A DNA stretch of 64,000 nt. Source: Octopus sinensis. Lineage: Eukaryota. Below, one piece after another: positions 41,916-56,231 of this stretch (the first letter of the stretch is position 1; the number at the start of each line of letters is the position of its first letter). The stretch lies in NCBI RefSeq assembly GCF_006345805.1, contig NC_043011.1, forward strand, positions 38,576,464 to 38,640,463. Direction: 5' to 3'. The notes beneath the pieces were generated by a model. It made no database searches. It had not been told where the DNA came from and saw nothing but the letters and a program-made list of their open reading frames with translations. Position numbers and translations under genes: made by a program.

Positions 41916-42829
41916 GAGAGTCTCTTCTCCACTACTTTATTCGTCGAATCTGTCTAACACGTGTTAAATGTTTGAGATGGGTTAATTCAAATGAGATTGT
42001 ATTATCAATTATAACATATCAGAAGGTATGCTTAACACATATATAATCCTTGTGCTTTGCTGTTTATATCAATAAGCAAAACCCTCAAATTTTAGAGCGG
42101 CAGGCTAGCTTATTAGTTCACTGTTTATATCATATCTTATAATATAATTACTCAGATATTTTTCGCATTGTATACATTCAAAAGATAGTCATATTTCTAA
42201 AATAATATTTGATTTTGCATCTTATTAATTCAGCACGTTAGTACAGGGAATTGTAAAAACATTTGCGAAAACTTAATGTTTACATGTGTACCAAGAAACA
42301 CTCGTATCGTTATTTAGTAAAGAGCATAACAGTCTTACTTCGTGCGTATATAATATAATATGTTGTCCGATATTAAATAGAAGATAACTGTTTAAGGAGA
42401 TTCCTATCTATCATATTGGAATGAGAAGTAAACTGTGATAAGAGCAGGTGTTACAGGCTGTGAATAGTAGAGGTCAAATGTACTGAGAAAGTATAAATAT
42501 GGAAGACAAACATATTTTAGATTCAGATAGATGTTGCTTAAAAAAAGAAAAACGTAGAAATGATAAACTGCAGATGCCAAGAAATCAACAAACACTATAA
42601 AAAAAAAACAAAGAAAAATTTGAACAAAATGAAAATACAAGTAAAATAATAGAATACGTATTGTTTTTGCTAGCATTACACTTGAAATTATAAAAAAATT
42701 TCAAATGTATAAGTTTACTTCGCGATTAAATTCCGATAAGATTAAGTTCTTTATAATGGGTCGGTGTAGATATGAATCTGATAAAGTAATCTTATGAGGC
42801 GGCACGTAGTGTGAAGAATTCCTGAAAAA

Positions 42830-43015
42830 AAATAGATGTTGGCATACATTGTGGTTAAGAAATTCGCTTCGCAACCGCCCGGTTTCTGGTTCATTTGCAC
42901 CGTACTGTTTAGCACCCAGAGCAAGTGTCTTCTCTTGTATTTTAGCTCTGGGCCAAATATTACCTTCTGAAGGAATTTAGGTGATGGAAGATGTGTAGAA
43001 GATCATATTTATATA
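42830..43015 (+). mobile_element. SINE family B 5' half, diverged
   Basis: ttgtggttaagaaattcgcttcgcaacc...gagcaagtgtcttctc. Confidence 0.6.
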
Positions 43016-43029
43016 TGTATATATATATA

Positions 43030-43107
<78 letters not shown>

Positions 43108-43172
43108 ACATACATATATACACATATATATATGTAATTAAGTGTAAATATATACATATAGGTAATGTATGT

Positions 43173-43211
<39 letters not shown>

Positions 43212-43303
43212 CATATATATACCCATACACACATATATATATATTATATATATAAGCATATATAAACACACGCACACATACACACACACAAACACACACA
43301 CAC

Positions 43304-43340
<37 letters not shown>

Positions 43341-43419
43341 ATACTATATAGATATTTATGGAAATTCAAAAATTATATGCATTCTTGTTTTTTCAATATA
43401 ATTACAGAAAGGTAGGGGA

Positions 43420-44260
43420 TAAACATTTTTCTATATAGCCTTCTTCCTTTCCGATGCACACGGCCCAGCGGTCCACAAGCTTGCGTATTCCCTACAAGAA
43501 GATTTTCAGGTGGTCGTGCAACCATTTAAGCTACGCTTCCTTTACATCTTCATCTGCAGTATATCGACGACCTTGTAAATCATATTTGAGCGGTCCAAAG
43601 ATATGATAGTCGGAAGGGGCGAGATCTGGGCTGTAGGCAGGGTGTTCCAGCACCTCAAAACCTAATTGGTTAATGGTTTCAACGTTCTGGGCGACCGTCT
43701 GTGGGCGTGCATTGTCATGCAACAACAAACCTTTAAGCGAATTGTTGGCTTCAGTTTGTCGACAAGTAAAGCACTGTTTCTTGCATTGTAGATCGCACAC
43801 CCCATTTCCTGTAGTCTTCCAGTATAGGCCCATTTGAACCCTAAAATCCCCAAATAAACTTGCTGAATCTTCTTGTCAGTGGTGGGAGTCGACCGGTGTC
43901 CTGCTCCCTGTTCATGCGTCAGGGTTTTTCAGCCACTTTTAAAATTCTCGATACACTGAAACACAATTCTACATGGTAGAGCACGTAATGTGCTAATAGC
44001 CTCCGATGAATTTCAGTACGTGACGCACCTTTCGACCAGAGAAATCGAATCACTGCTCTTTGTCTTTCTTAGGTGCACATTCCTAGTGGAACGGCCATGC
44101 TTACGCTGCAAAGCCAGAAACAAAATTCGTTTGATCAGGCTCAAGCTTCGATCACGTGACTAGAATAGTACTAAATATATGCAGACATGTGCAGAAGGCA
44201 ATGTGACAATAAGAAAGATATGTTATGGCGGAAGTGCGGATAATTTTTGACTTTCCCTCG
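43420..44260 (-). pseudogene. mariner (DD34D) transposon, internally deleted, one TIR retained
   Basis: TIR cgagggaaagtcaaaaattatccgca with TA at 44261-62; ATG at 44098 (RAVIRFLWSKG); LLLHDNARP...EHPAYSPDLAPSDYHIFGPLK. Confidence 0.92.
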
Positions 44261-44537
44261 TACATATTATTAATCATAATAATGAGTATGGAGACTTAAA
44301 TATGCACAAAATATATTTTATAGTTATATACATCATATTATAAGGACACGGACATTAGATGCTACTGGTCGTTGTTGTTAGCCGTTAACTGGAACTTAAT
44401 CCAGAGCTAATACGGTATATGCCTCCAAACTCACACACACACACACATACACACACACACACATATATATATACACACGCGTGCACACACGCACATACAC
44501 ACACATACACACACACTCATATGTATATATATATATA

Positions 44538-44872
44538 TGTTGTAGAGTATTGGTAAACCCTTCTCACTTGATAAGTGGTATGACGCAGCCACTATAAAGT
44601 CAGACAGTCAGTCGTTGTAGGAGGTCAGTAGAAGTGGATGCGTTGTACGAGTTCGCAGCTGGAGTTAGTATCAGTTATGTGATATATACGAGTTCGAGTT
44701 ACCGTCAAGGTAGATGTTGCAAAGTCATTGTCTTATGGAGCTATCAGCGATAGCACGATAGAAGTGTCAAAGTTAATGAGACGCGGAATATCGCCAAATA
44801 TAATAATGGCAACAAGAATATTACAGTGCCGACAATAGCATACGAAGTGGATGAGGATTTCACATTATAACA
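44538..44872. mobile_element. Probable solo LTR (Ty3/Gypsy-type termini)
   Basis: Termini TGTTGTAG...TTATAACA; flanks tata/tgta (3 of 4 match as TSD); non-repetitive 335-bp interior. Confidence 0.45.
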
Positions 44873-45244
44873 TGTATAAGTCATTTCCCTGCGGCCATCC
44901 TGGAGCACTGCTTTGAAAGATTTTAGTAAAAAAAAACATAGACCCCAAGACTTACTTCTTTCACGCTTAGTACATACAATACCAGCCGTTTTTCTAACAC
45001 TAAGTTATGGAAACGTAAACACACCAAAACTAGTTGTCAAGCAGTGATGGGTGAACAAAATCAGACACAAAGACACATGCACGTAGATATATACATAAAA
45101 AAATATATTAAAAAATATATATAAAAAAGATTTTAATATTTATTTATAAATATAAATTAAAAATTTTTAAATAACATAAATTTTAAATTTTATATTTTAT
45201 ATATTTTGTACATTATATTAATTATATTTATTTTTATGTTTTGG

Positions 45245-45371
45245 TTTATGTTTTTCACTGTTTGATTTGCCTAATAGTGGTTTTATCTCTAATTCAATTC
45301 ATATTTATACTGTGAAATTTGATTTAATCCTAAATCTAATTTTTCCCTGTAAGTTTGGATTTACTCTCTAA

Positions 45372-45372
<1 letters not shown>
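45245..45372 (-). mobile_element. Copy of the 11868-11987 repeat end
   Basis: ctgtttgatttgcctaatagtggttttatctctaatt...ttttccctgtaagtttgga. Confidence 0.75.
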
Positions 45373-45424
<52 letters not shown>

Positions 45425-45435
45425 GTGTTATTACT

Positions 45436-45493
<58 letters not shown>

Positions 45494-45498
45494 GATTA

Positions 45499-45554
<56 letters not shown>

Positions 45555-46269
45555 GATTACCATATATATATATATGGTAATCACAAAGAAACTCATTTAG
45601 TGGACCCGCCTATAAACGACATAGTAAGCAAATACGTAGATGTGTATTTCGTAGCAGGGATCAAGTAAATCCAATCAGAGAATATTATACCATGAGGATT
45701 ATATAGCATATAAAGGAGGTATGAGACGAGTATATTTATTCGACCGGTTGATATCCATGGGGAGACAGTTGTTTCGCCGCCTACATCATGAAAAAATTTA
45801 TTTTAGTGAATAATATATTACTTTATTTCTGCCCTATTAGGTATGAGATAAATTGCATAGTACTATTGTACAGTTTACAAACCAATTCAGATATAGAGAC
45901 CTTGCTCTTCAAATCGGTAGAATATCACGGTTACATAAATTTTTAAACTCCGGTATATACGTACAAAAACAAGAACATTCATCTTTAGTTATCTAATGCG
46001 TGGAGGACCGTGTGTATCCATGTCATTGTTTTTATGCCCAAGAGTGCTTAACGATCAGTCTTAGTTTGTTTACCTTTCTGTATATTAGCGATTTGATAAA
46101 AGAGATCATATATACATATATATATGTGTGTGTGTGTGGTGTGTGCGTGTGTGTGTGTGTGTGTTTGATGATGCAAACAGGAAGAATAGAAAGAAAACCA
46201 TGAGTATATTCTATTATACGTTTCAGTGTGGCTGCGGCCATGCTGGAGCATTGATGTCTATGCATATAT

Positions 46270-46720
<451 letters not shown>

Positions 46721-47254
46721 TTGACGCAGAAATACGAAATTAAGAGACGTAACAATCACTAAACTGGACAAGGAATGCGATATATATTGTGCACTAGTAA
46801 CATAGTTCGCCTGCTGCAGTTCCACAGCTGATAACAAAATGCTTTCCTCATTTCACTGCTGTTGCTGATATCTCTATTGTGTTGCAACAGATATGAACAC
46901 GATGTCGCTGCAGTGCCTACAATGGAAATGATACTATCGACAATATAGCAGCCTTTGTAGATTATTCATATGCATTAGATTGTATAGGTCTTTTTCCTCC
47001 TCTTAACGCTATTTGTTGTTGTCGCTGTAAGCCCGTGATGAAAGCAGGTCTAATTTCGACCGTCCTGTTTATTTCTATACAACATCAACCCACAGGATAT
47101 GTTATGTGCAATGTCTTTTTTTTTTATTCTTAAAGAAATTTAAAATGCTACTTGGAGAAAACAGATTTTGTTTAATCCAATTTCAACGGTCATTGGGTGT
47201 CTGTGGTCACCAAATTAACTTCAGTTCCGACTATCTCATCCTATTTCTTATTTC

Positions 47255-47325
47255 TTTATTGCCCATAGAGGGGACAAACAAGGACAAACAAGGGGATTAA
47301 GTCGATTACATCGACCCCAGTACGT
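47255..47325 (-). mobile_element. SINE family A 3' fragment
   Basis: gagggacaaacaaggacaaacaaggggattaagtcgattacatcgaccccagt. Confidence 0.8.
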
Positions 47326-47562
47326 ATATCATCGGAATATATTTTTTATCGCATATTTAATATTTCTATTATATGTAATTTTCTAGATGGTGTAATTTAA
47401 TTTTTCATTTTGAATTGATAAAGGGTGTTTTTTTCTAATTTATATCTATATTATATTTTGTGAAATTTGATTCAGTATTTCTAAATTGAATTTTTCCCTG
47501 TAAGTTTGGAATACTATTCCCTCAAATTATTATTATTATGATATATATTATATATATATATA

Positions 47563-47609
<47 letters not shown>

Positions 47610-47611
<2 letters not shown>

Positions 47612-47950
47612 GCTTGCTTAGCATTCTGTCGCTTACGACAACGAAGGTTTCAGTTGATCCGGTCAACGGAACATCCCGCTCGAGAAATTAACGTGCAAGT
47701 GGTTGAGTACTTCTCAGACACGTGTACCCTTAACGTAGTTCCCAGGGAGATTCAGCGTGACACAGAGTGTGACAAGGCTGGCCCTTAAAATACTGGTACA
47801 ACAGAAACACGAAGAAAGAGTGCGAGAAAATTGTGGTGAAAGAGTACAGCAGGGTGTTTTCGCTTAATAAACTCACAACGCCCGGTCTCGTAATCGAAAC
47901 CGAGATTCTACGACCGCTAGTCAACTGCTCTAACCATTCGGCCATTACCA
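47610..47950 (-). mobile_element. SINE family D
   Basis: Reverse complement of 58980-59362. Confidence 0.85.
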
Positions 47951-48002
47951 CCACGATATGATCATATATATTATATTATATATATTATATATATATATAT
48001 AG

Positions 48003-48115
<113 letters not shown>

Positions 48116-48882
48116 TTATATCTATGTATGCATGCATATATCATTGTGAGTGACAGAATTTAGTTTTCACATGTAACTATGGCGTGCTGCATGGCAATAC
48201 CCGTACATTACATGTATCTATAACAATGCAATAGAGGGTTGATACGGCCGTGCTATAAATGTCGGAACATTGCAGCATATATTTTCAGATAATTGCTGCA
48301 GTTGTCAGTGCCTTGCCTTAGCTGTTGCTATCACATTTCTACCAATCAGTTGTCTCAAATATATATTTCTTTCCTTGTTTTGTTTCGTCCGATTTTTTCT
48401 ACTTTATTATTTTGTTTTAATGGGGACTGCTTATATATAGCGTTTGTATTTATACCAAAACCCAATTGTGTATCATTGAGGAGAGCGTTTCATACAATAC
48501 TTTGTGGCAATATTAACACGCCATTTTCTAAAGATGTAAAAGTATGATACTCGCATAACTTTTTCACGCAAAGAATTATTTTTTTTACTGTATTACTGCA
48601 TTTTGGGATTTTTATCAATTTAAATTTCCGAATTCCCTCCCTTCTCATCACTGAGAAAAATACTCATTCACACAAATAAAATATTACCTTTGTAAATGTA
48701 TATGTATAAGAGCATATTATCATATATATGCATATATTAATATATATGAATATATTTGTGTGCGTGTGTGTGTATAAACGTTCATATATATATCTAATAT
48801 ATAACTTAAGGTTTGAGAGTTCCGTACGTTGGTATGAATCTCTCGGATCTTGAGTCAACCTCTTGCCTTTGTTAATATTAAA

Positions 48883-48934
<52 letters not shown>

Positions 48935-49559
48935 TCATATTCTGAGTTCTATATTCCCTGTTTGCACCAACATACCTATATAAATATATATATATGAAAG
49001 AAAACAAAATATTGAGCAAGAACTTAACAGGCGACAACAAAACATCCGGACAGTTACTATTGTTTTTGCAATTTCGGCCGGTTACACTGAAGACCGCTCC
49101 AATCTGTTGGCCCCCAAGAAAATCTAAGCTAAGAACAGCAGACTCCTTGGAAGAAAGCAAGCGATTGTATATGAAAACAAGGACGAAAAAACGGAGAAAT
49201 GTTACACTAGTACAAATACAAACAACAGGAGATTAACAAAAGGTGTATTTCGACTAAGAACGAATTAAATTAAGCTGGCGTGTATGGAAGTGAAGCCTTA
49301 CGCCAGGAACATAAGAGGTGAAAGACATGGGAAGGAATATAAGAGATGCTATATATATCATGTTCGTTCACTTGTGAGCTCTCTCATGGGTGTTACTGGT
49401 GACATGGAATCCAATTCAACGTGATGCATAGTTGGGTATCGGCTACTAAACCGGCAACCCCACAAGTCTTGTCTTGTGAATAGGGTTGCTAGTAACACTG
49501 CAGAATTAAAAAGGACACCTGTCAAAAGTACGAATGAACGCAGTGTGGTTCAACGGCTA

Positions 49560-49900
49560 CCTATCAATAGCACAGACCCTTTGGTCGTTATCTGACCACT
49601 GGGAGAGAGACACTCCTTAGCTTTTACTAAAGCATACTTCCAGGAAAAGGCCCGCTCTGATATATAAGTGGATATGCGGGTAATGGCAATAAACAATTTG
49701 GGGAGCTTTTGGTTGCGCTTGCGACCACGGCGCTCCCACATTCCTGACACTCCGACCCATATTAACATTGGATATTATTTCAAGGCTTGTCTCTAAATCG
49801 TGTCAGTAGGAGCAAGAGGGTCTGTGAGGTGCTGTGCAAACCTTATCGGACCTAAAATTTTAGATTGTGCAAACGCCGACCAGGCCACTATCCGATACGT
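49560..49900 (+). pseudogene. Possible degenerate restriction-like-endonuclease (RLE) domain of a non-LTR element
   Basis: AFTKA..SD.VDMRV...TFLTLRP..DII, and VSVGARGSV (cf. VEVGARGF); stops and frameshifts present. Confidence 0.3.
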
Positions 49901-50046
49901 GGTGCAGTAAAAAGGAGTCGCTTCGACCATGGAAGCGGTGGATGCAAACCTGGGTGAAACTGATTGCTAGCGCAATAGGCTCAGCTGGCATTCAACATGG
50001 ACAATGGTCAGTGACAGTATTTCTCGCCCATGAGTGGGTAGCCATC

Positions 50047-50102
<56 letters not shown>

Positions 50103-50619
50103 GTATATATATATATACGTGTGCGTGTGTGTGTGTGTATGTGTATATAATTATAACTATTTGGAGGATCCAACAGAATCGTGGTATTTTAATAACAACG
50201 ATATCGTGGTAGAGTCAAGAACAGTATGAACAGTGTGTACAGACAGTCTCGTACAAACTAGTGCATACACGGATTTTTCCTTCCAGTTACACAATACTTC
50301 TACCTTTATAGACCAAATACACTCAACGTATACGAAAAATCCCACATAAGTATGCTCCGGCATACAATCAACGATAGATACAAATTCCAACGCAGTGAAG
50401 GATCCGAGTGTGGTACAGTATTATTATCACAAATGGGCTGAGTTTCACTACAGCTGTTTCAAACGTGTTTTTATTGATGAACAACTTAATTACATCACGT
50501 AAAAAAGCGGTTTTTTTCCAGGTGAATTAAATCTAAGTTTGCTCTGTTTATATATAAATATTTACATATTTGTACTTGAATATTCTGCCAGTTTTCCGAC
50601 TTGCTTATTTCTGAAATAT

Positions 50620-50765
50620 TGGTTTCAAATTTTGACACAAGGCTAGCAATTTTAAGGAAAGAGGCTGGTCGATTACATCGATCTCAATGCTCAACTGGTA
50701 CATATTTTCCCGATCCCGAAAGGATGAAAGGCAAAGTCAACTTCAGAACGTAAAGACGGACACTT
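50620..50765 (-). mobile_element. SINE family A, deleted
   Basis: cccgaaaggatgaaaggcaaagtcaac..cagaacgtaaagacgg. Confidence 0.8.
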
Positions 50766-51870
50766 TACGTTTCTGTATGTGTGTGTATATGGTTGCGTGC
50801 GTGTGCGTGTGTGTGTGTGTGTGCTGAAATTTTTGAGAATGTTTCGTATGTCATATCCCAATATTACTTAAGTCTCTTCATAAAGTCTATCGAGCGATCA
50901 TCACTAGCCTTTCAGTACAACTGGCATGGGTCGTGGTTCAGTTCAAAATCCACTGGAATTTTTCTCGAAGGTTCCACCATCTGCAATACTTAACTCTGGG
51001 TTCTTTTGCCACCATGTTATATGTATAATCATTTTCTGAGTGAGATAGGTGTCACTGTTTATTTTTTCATTTGCTCAAAGAAGTTAGCCTTTTCTTTTAC
51101 CAGACTTATATTGAGGGCAAAAATTATAGGAGATAGTATTCATTATCCAGGTGAATGAATAGTCCTTCATGTCAGCATGTCTGTATTCTACACTATGTTG
51201 TTGTATATATGCATGCATGTATGTATGTATGTATGTATGTATGTATGTATGTATGTATGTATGTATGTATTATGTATAAAACCCGTCAAATGGCGGAGGA
51301 ACTCTGGAGAGTCAACGGCCATCCAAAAAATGTGTATATTTTTTTTAAGGCTTAAGGCTGTATCATGCGCGGGGACAGAAAAAATCGGACTGAATACCCG
51401 ATCGGCTCAGTGGTTTCCGATGATGTTGACTTGTTCTTCTTTTCGGATTATGGCTGCTGTTGCTTAGTGAGTGGGATTGACTCAGTGCACAGCCTTTCCT
51501 CACTTTAAAAAAAATCTTCTTGCACAGGCATTGCACGATAACAACATTGTTCATGATTGTTGATAGTGCCGTGAGTCTCAACTAAATAGCTGGCTGTAGC
51601 CTTAAGAAGCAAATAAAAGTCACATTCGATCTCAGCACCAATAACAGTTAAGCTTCGTGCAATGGCCATACTCGATAACGAGTGGGCAGCCATCACATTT
51701 ATACATGTATTTAACATAGATTTTACTGAAATTATTTCTTATTAATAAAAACGAATAAGAATACTACACTTAAATCCCTTGGCTAAGGAATAGCGACGAT
51801 TTAGAAATAAATGACCGGATTGTATGTAAGGCTTTACGAAGAGTGTATATTACATTTAAAAAGCAGATAT

Positions 51871-52283
51871 AGTTCTCTTTTACTCTCTTTTACTTGTTTC
51901 AGTCATTTGACTGCGGTCATGCTGGAGCACCGCCTCTTTAATCGAGCAACTCGACCCCGGGTCTTATTCTTTTGTAAGCCCAGTACTTATTCTATCGGTC
52001 TCTTTTGCCGAACCGCTAAGTAACGGGGGACACACCAGCATCGGTTGTCAAGCGATGTTGGGAGGACAAACACAGACACACAAACACACACATACATATA
52101 TATATATATACATATATACGATGGGCTTCTTTCAGTTTCCATCTACCAAATCCACTCACAAGGCTTTGGTCGGCCCGAGGCTATAGTAGAAGACACTTGC
52201 CCAAGGTGCCACGTAGTGGGACTGAACCCAGAACCATATGGTCGGTAAACAAGCTACTTACCACACAGCCACTCCTACGCCTA
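51871..52283 (-). mobile_element. SINE family B, full length
   Basis: Near-identical layout to 28650-29060. Confidence 0.93.
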
Positions 52284-52569
52284 TAGTTCTCTTTTTTTAA
52301 CAATGTTATCTGTTCGTTAAAACATGTAATCAGAAGTTTATTATGTGAATGGGGTGAACAGTATCATCGGCAATATTATACATCAAGTCAATAAATAATA
52401 ATTTCGGCAGCATCGTAAAAGCGTTTTGCTGTTAATTATTCACTCATTATTATAAGTCATTAACAGCTATCTAAATTTTCCTAGTTCTGTATTGAATTTT
52501 ATTCTTCGACATCAAAACATTTATTCACAAATGCAATCGTTTTCGCTAAGTATTATATTTCAGTCAATG

Positions 52570-53380
52570 GGTCTGATATCAGCATACTCCTGCATGCAAC
52601 AAGTACATTACTTTCTTACAAAAATGCCTTTTGGGTACAGAAGAATAACGCTAGTTCTGTTGGTGTAGTATTTCATTTGAAAAATAAAAAGAACATCTAG
52701 CGAACATTACTACCGGTTTCTGAACGTCGTTCATAAAATTCAAGTCTGTAATAGGAGTAGGACTCCTACCTTACACAGAAATTTTCGATAAAGCAGTGCC
52801 TTATTTCAATAATGTTTTAACTGCCAGCGGGTTCAAAGATAATATTACGTGTAAACTCAACCATCCTTCGTATCACACTAAGGCTCCGTAAGGTTATCTG
52901 TTTCACACCTCCATTTCCTTTAGATGTTCAGTAAAATATTGTAAGAAATTCCCTAAAGCCTAATTGATAAGCATTTCACTATTAACCATATCTACAGGAA
53001 ACTATTCAATAGGATTTGAAGTAGTTCAATTTTATCACTGTATTATTTAGGATTTTATAATTGTGTTTATTTTATAAAGATTAATTTGTAATTAAATGAT
53101 CGTTATGAATGCTTATAAATGCAATTTTGTCGTCAATTAAAATTATCAATTTTAACAATATATCTATTTATATGCATAATTATAAACGTACACTAATCAC
53201 AAACATAAATAAGACATTTCGAGTGTATAATTGTAATGGTTACAAGTAAAAATTTCTGTAATATTGTCAACAGAAGTTATATTAGGTCTGACATTATAAG
53301 GGGGTACATCACATTCTGGAAGACAATAAGACCGTGAAGTTATAAAAAAGCTAGCGACATATTTAGCTTCAATGCGATTT
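52570..53380 (+). pseudogene. Penelope-like element RT/linker/GIY-YIG remnant
   Basis: TLLSYKNAFWVQKN; IFDKAVPYFNNVLTASGFKDNI; KVICFTPPFPLDV.NI / LIDKHFTINHIYRKLFNR; RYTNHK. Confidence 0.65.
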
Positions 53381-53399
53381 GAAAGTTACAGAAAAAATT

Positions 53400-54050
53400 C
53401 CGTGTCTTTTACCATTTATTTGTCTCAGTCATTGGATTGCTGGTGCACTGTTTTGAAGAATTATAGTCGAACAAAAACTTAAACCTAGTAATTTTTAAGC
53501 CTTGCATTTATTCTATCATCTTCTTTAGACGAACCGATAAGTTACAGAGGCATATACGCACCAACAGCCGTTGTCAATCGGTGATAGGTTTGGACACAGA
53601 TACAAAGACACAAACACATACACAAATATATATATATATATATATACACACACATATCTATTCCTCTTGACTGTGGTCATGCTTGAGCATCGCCTTTAGT
53701 CGAGCACATCGACCCTAGGACTTATTCTTTGTAAGCTTAGTACTTATTTTATCGCGCTCTTTTGCCGAAACGGTAAGTTACGGGGGCGTAAACACACCAG
53801 CATCGGGTGCCAAGCAATGTTTGGGGAGCAAACACAGACACACAAACATACACACACGCACATACACACACGTACACACACACATATATATATATATACA
53901 TACACACGACGGGCTTCTTTCACTTTCCGTCTACCAAATCAATTAACAAGGCTATAGTAGAAAACACTTGCCCAAGGTGTCACGCAGTGGGACTGAACCC
54001 GGAACCATGTAGTTTGTAAGCAAGCTACTTACCACACAGCCACTCCTATA
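53400..54050 (-). mobile_element. Two SINE family B copies (3' half at 53400-53600; 53660-54050)
   Basis: Collinear with family B. Confidence 0.85.
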
Positions 54051-55099
54051 TATATATATATACATATCTGGTTCGAGATTGTACAAGAAGGAATACACAA
54101 ATGACAAAGAACAACAAAACAAGGAGTGTTAGTTTGACGCTGAGGAAAAATAGAAGAGCCTTTGACAGAAAGGAAGGCGGTGAGAAGACAGTTGGAGAAA
54201 GAGAAATAGAGAGAGAGAGAGAGAGTGTGTGTGTGTGTGCGAGTTTGTGTGTGAGTGTGTGTGTGTGTGTGTGCATGTTTGTGTGTATACAAACACAAAC
54301 ATACATATATATGCATGCACATAAACATATGTATCAACGTTTACATCCACATCTAGATGTATATTCACACATACATGCATAGATGCATACATAAATATAT
54401 ATATATATATATACTATTATTATCATTATTATTATTATTATTCTTTTACTTGTTTCAGTTATTTGACTGCAGCCTTGCTGTGCCCGCGCGTATGTGTCTC
54501 CAAACTTATACGTATAATTTCCACTTCTTCTGAGTTGAATGGCTCACGGATATCATTGCCAAACCCTGATGCCCAATAAACTTGCAACAACCCACTCTTA
54601 TAACTGCCTTGATTTAACTTGGGACAACTCGTAAGTGACCTCCATTTTCCATTTTACGATCCCTTCTCAGAACATTTTATAGTAATACTAACGTGCATAT
54701 TTTTAGGGTTGGACTCTTAGCTGTTGCTATGACAACATTTTCCTGTCGATTGATTTAGTTGTAAAAAAATTGCCCTCGTCAATCGATTTCAATGCAGAGT
54801 ATTCATTGATTTATTTATTGTAATTTTATGCAAAATAACTTTATTTATAAACTCAATTTCTCAACAATCAAGAAGAAAAAGGCAAAAAGGCAAAAAGACA
54901 AAATTTTAAAACATTCAAAAAAAGGGTATTTCAAGTCCGAAATAAAAAATATAGGAAATTTCAATCTACAGAAGGAGAAAAAATGTATTAAGAACATATA
55001 AAACATAACTTCGTTGCTGGGTAATGTAGCGTAGTCTTGTGGTTAAAGTGTTGAACCTGGAGTTGCGTTATGTACTAGAATGATTTTAAACAAGTCTGA

Positions 55100-55262
55100 T
55101 AAAAGCATGATAGTCATGACTGCGTGGTAAGAAGCTTGATTCCTAACCACATGGCTCCGGATTCAGTACCACTGTGTGGTACCTTCGGCAAGTGTCTTCT
55201 ACTATAATCTCGGGCCGACCAAAGAGTGGATTTGGTAGACGGCATCTGAAAGAAGCTATTCG
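55100..55262 (+). mobile_element. SINE family B 5' half
   Basis: ctgcgtggtaagaagcttg...ggcaagtgtcttctactata...gatttggtagacgg. Confidence 0.85.
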
Positions 55263-55369
55263 TATATGTATATATATATAATATAATTCGAGACAAAACC
55301 ACTATTTTAAAACTAAACAAGGAAAGACTTAATCAATACATAAAATTTTAATATAAATTAAATAAACCG

Positions 55370-55413
55370 CCACTACAATTGTTTCATGTCTGCTACCGAC
55401 AATCTTCAGGTGG
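55370..55413 (-). ncRNA. Minimal type-I hammerhead ribozyme-like motif, canonical core
   Basis: CCAC-CTGAAGA-T-TGTC ggtagca GACA-T-GAAAC-AATT-GTA-GTGG; palindromic stem III ACAATTGT. Confidence 0.7.
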
Positions 55414-55667
55414 ATTTTCGATCTTCTAATCAGTATCAAATTTTGAACATATTAAGAGGTATCCCTCATAGGAATCTCTTTCGCTAGAAGGGACAGCTAA
55501 AGTCAAAACCAGTAGTTAGTGGTTTGGACAGTTCCTTGTAGTGTAAGAAAGTCCTATGATGGATACCTCTTGTACACTGTATTTTATATGAACAATATAT
55601 AGTCTATTGACTCATTTTTGTATACGCTAAGCCACTGGTAGTAAAAATTTCTAAAATATTTATTACC

Positions 55668-55715
<48 letters not shown>

Positions 55716-55849
55716 TATATAATATATATATATATAATGCATATAAATACATATACATATATATATATATATATAATATACATATATATATATATGTGTG
55801 CGTGTGTGTGTATGTATGTATGTATGTATATATGTATGCATGTATGTAT

Positions 55850-56060
55850 GTATTTGTGTGTTTGTATTTGTCCCACCACACCAACGCTTCACAGCAATGT
55901 CAGTGTGTTTACGTCTCCGTAACTTGGCGGTTCAGGAAAAGAGACCGATAGAATAAGCACTAGCATTACAAAGAATAAGTCCTAGGTCGAATATTTTCGG
56001 CTAAAGGCGGTGCTCAAGCAGGGCCGCAGTCAAATGATTGAAACAAGTAAAAGAATAAAA
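55850..56060 (+). mobile_element. SINE family B 3' half
   Basis: tttgtcccacc...gagaccgatagaataagc...gaaacaagtaaaagaat. Confidence 0.85.
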
Positions 56061-56231
56061 AAAAATAAATGAATTATATAGACATATTTTGACAAATACT
56101 CATCTACCTATAAATCAATATATTTATCTATCAATTTATCTATCTATCTAACTATCTATCTATCTACACGCACACACACACACACATACACATATATATA
56201 TACATATATATATACATACGTAAAGGGAGAT

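Noticed and set aside
45755-45790. Minus-strand GAAAC-AACT-GTC with a partial core
   Set aside because: Core (ATGATGT) and stem I too degenerate to support
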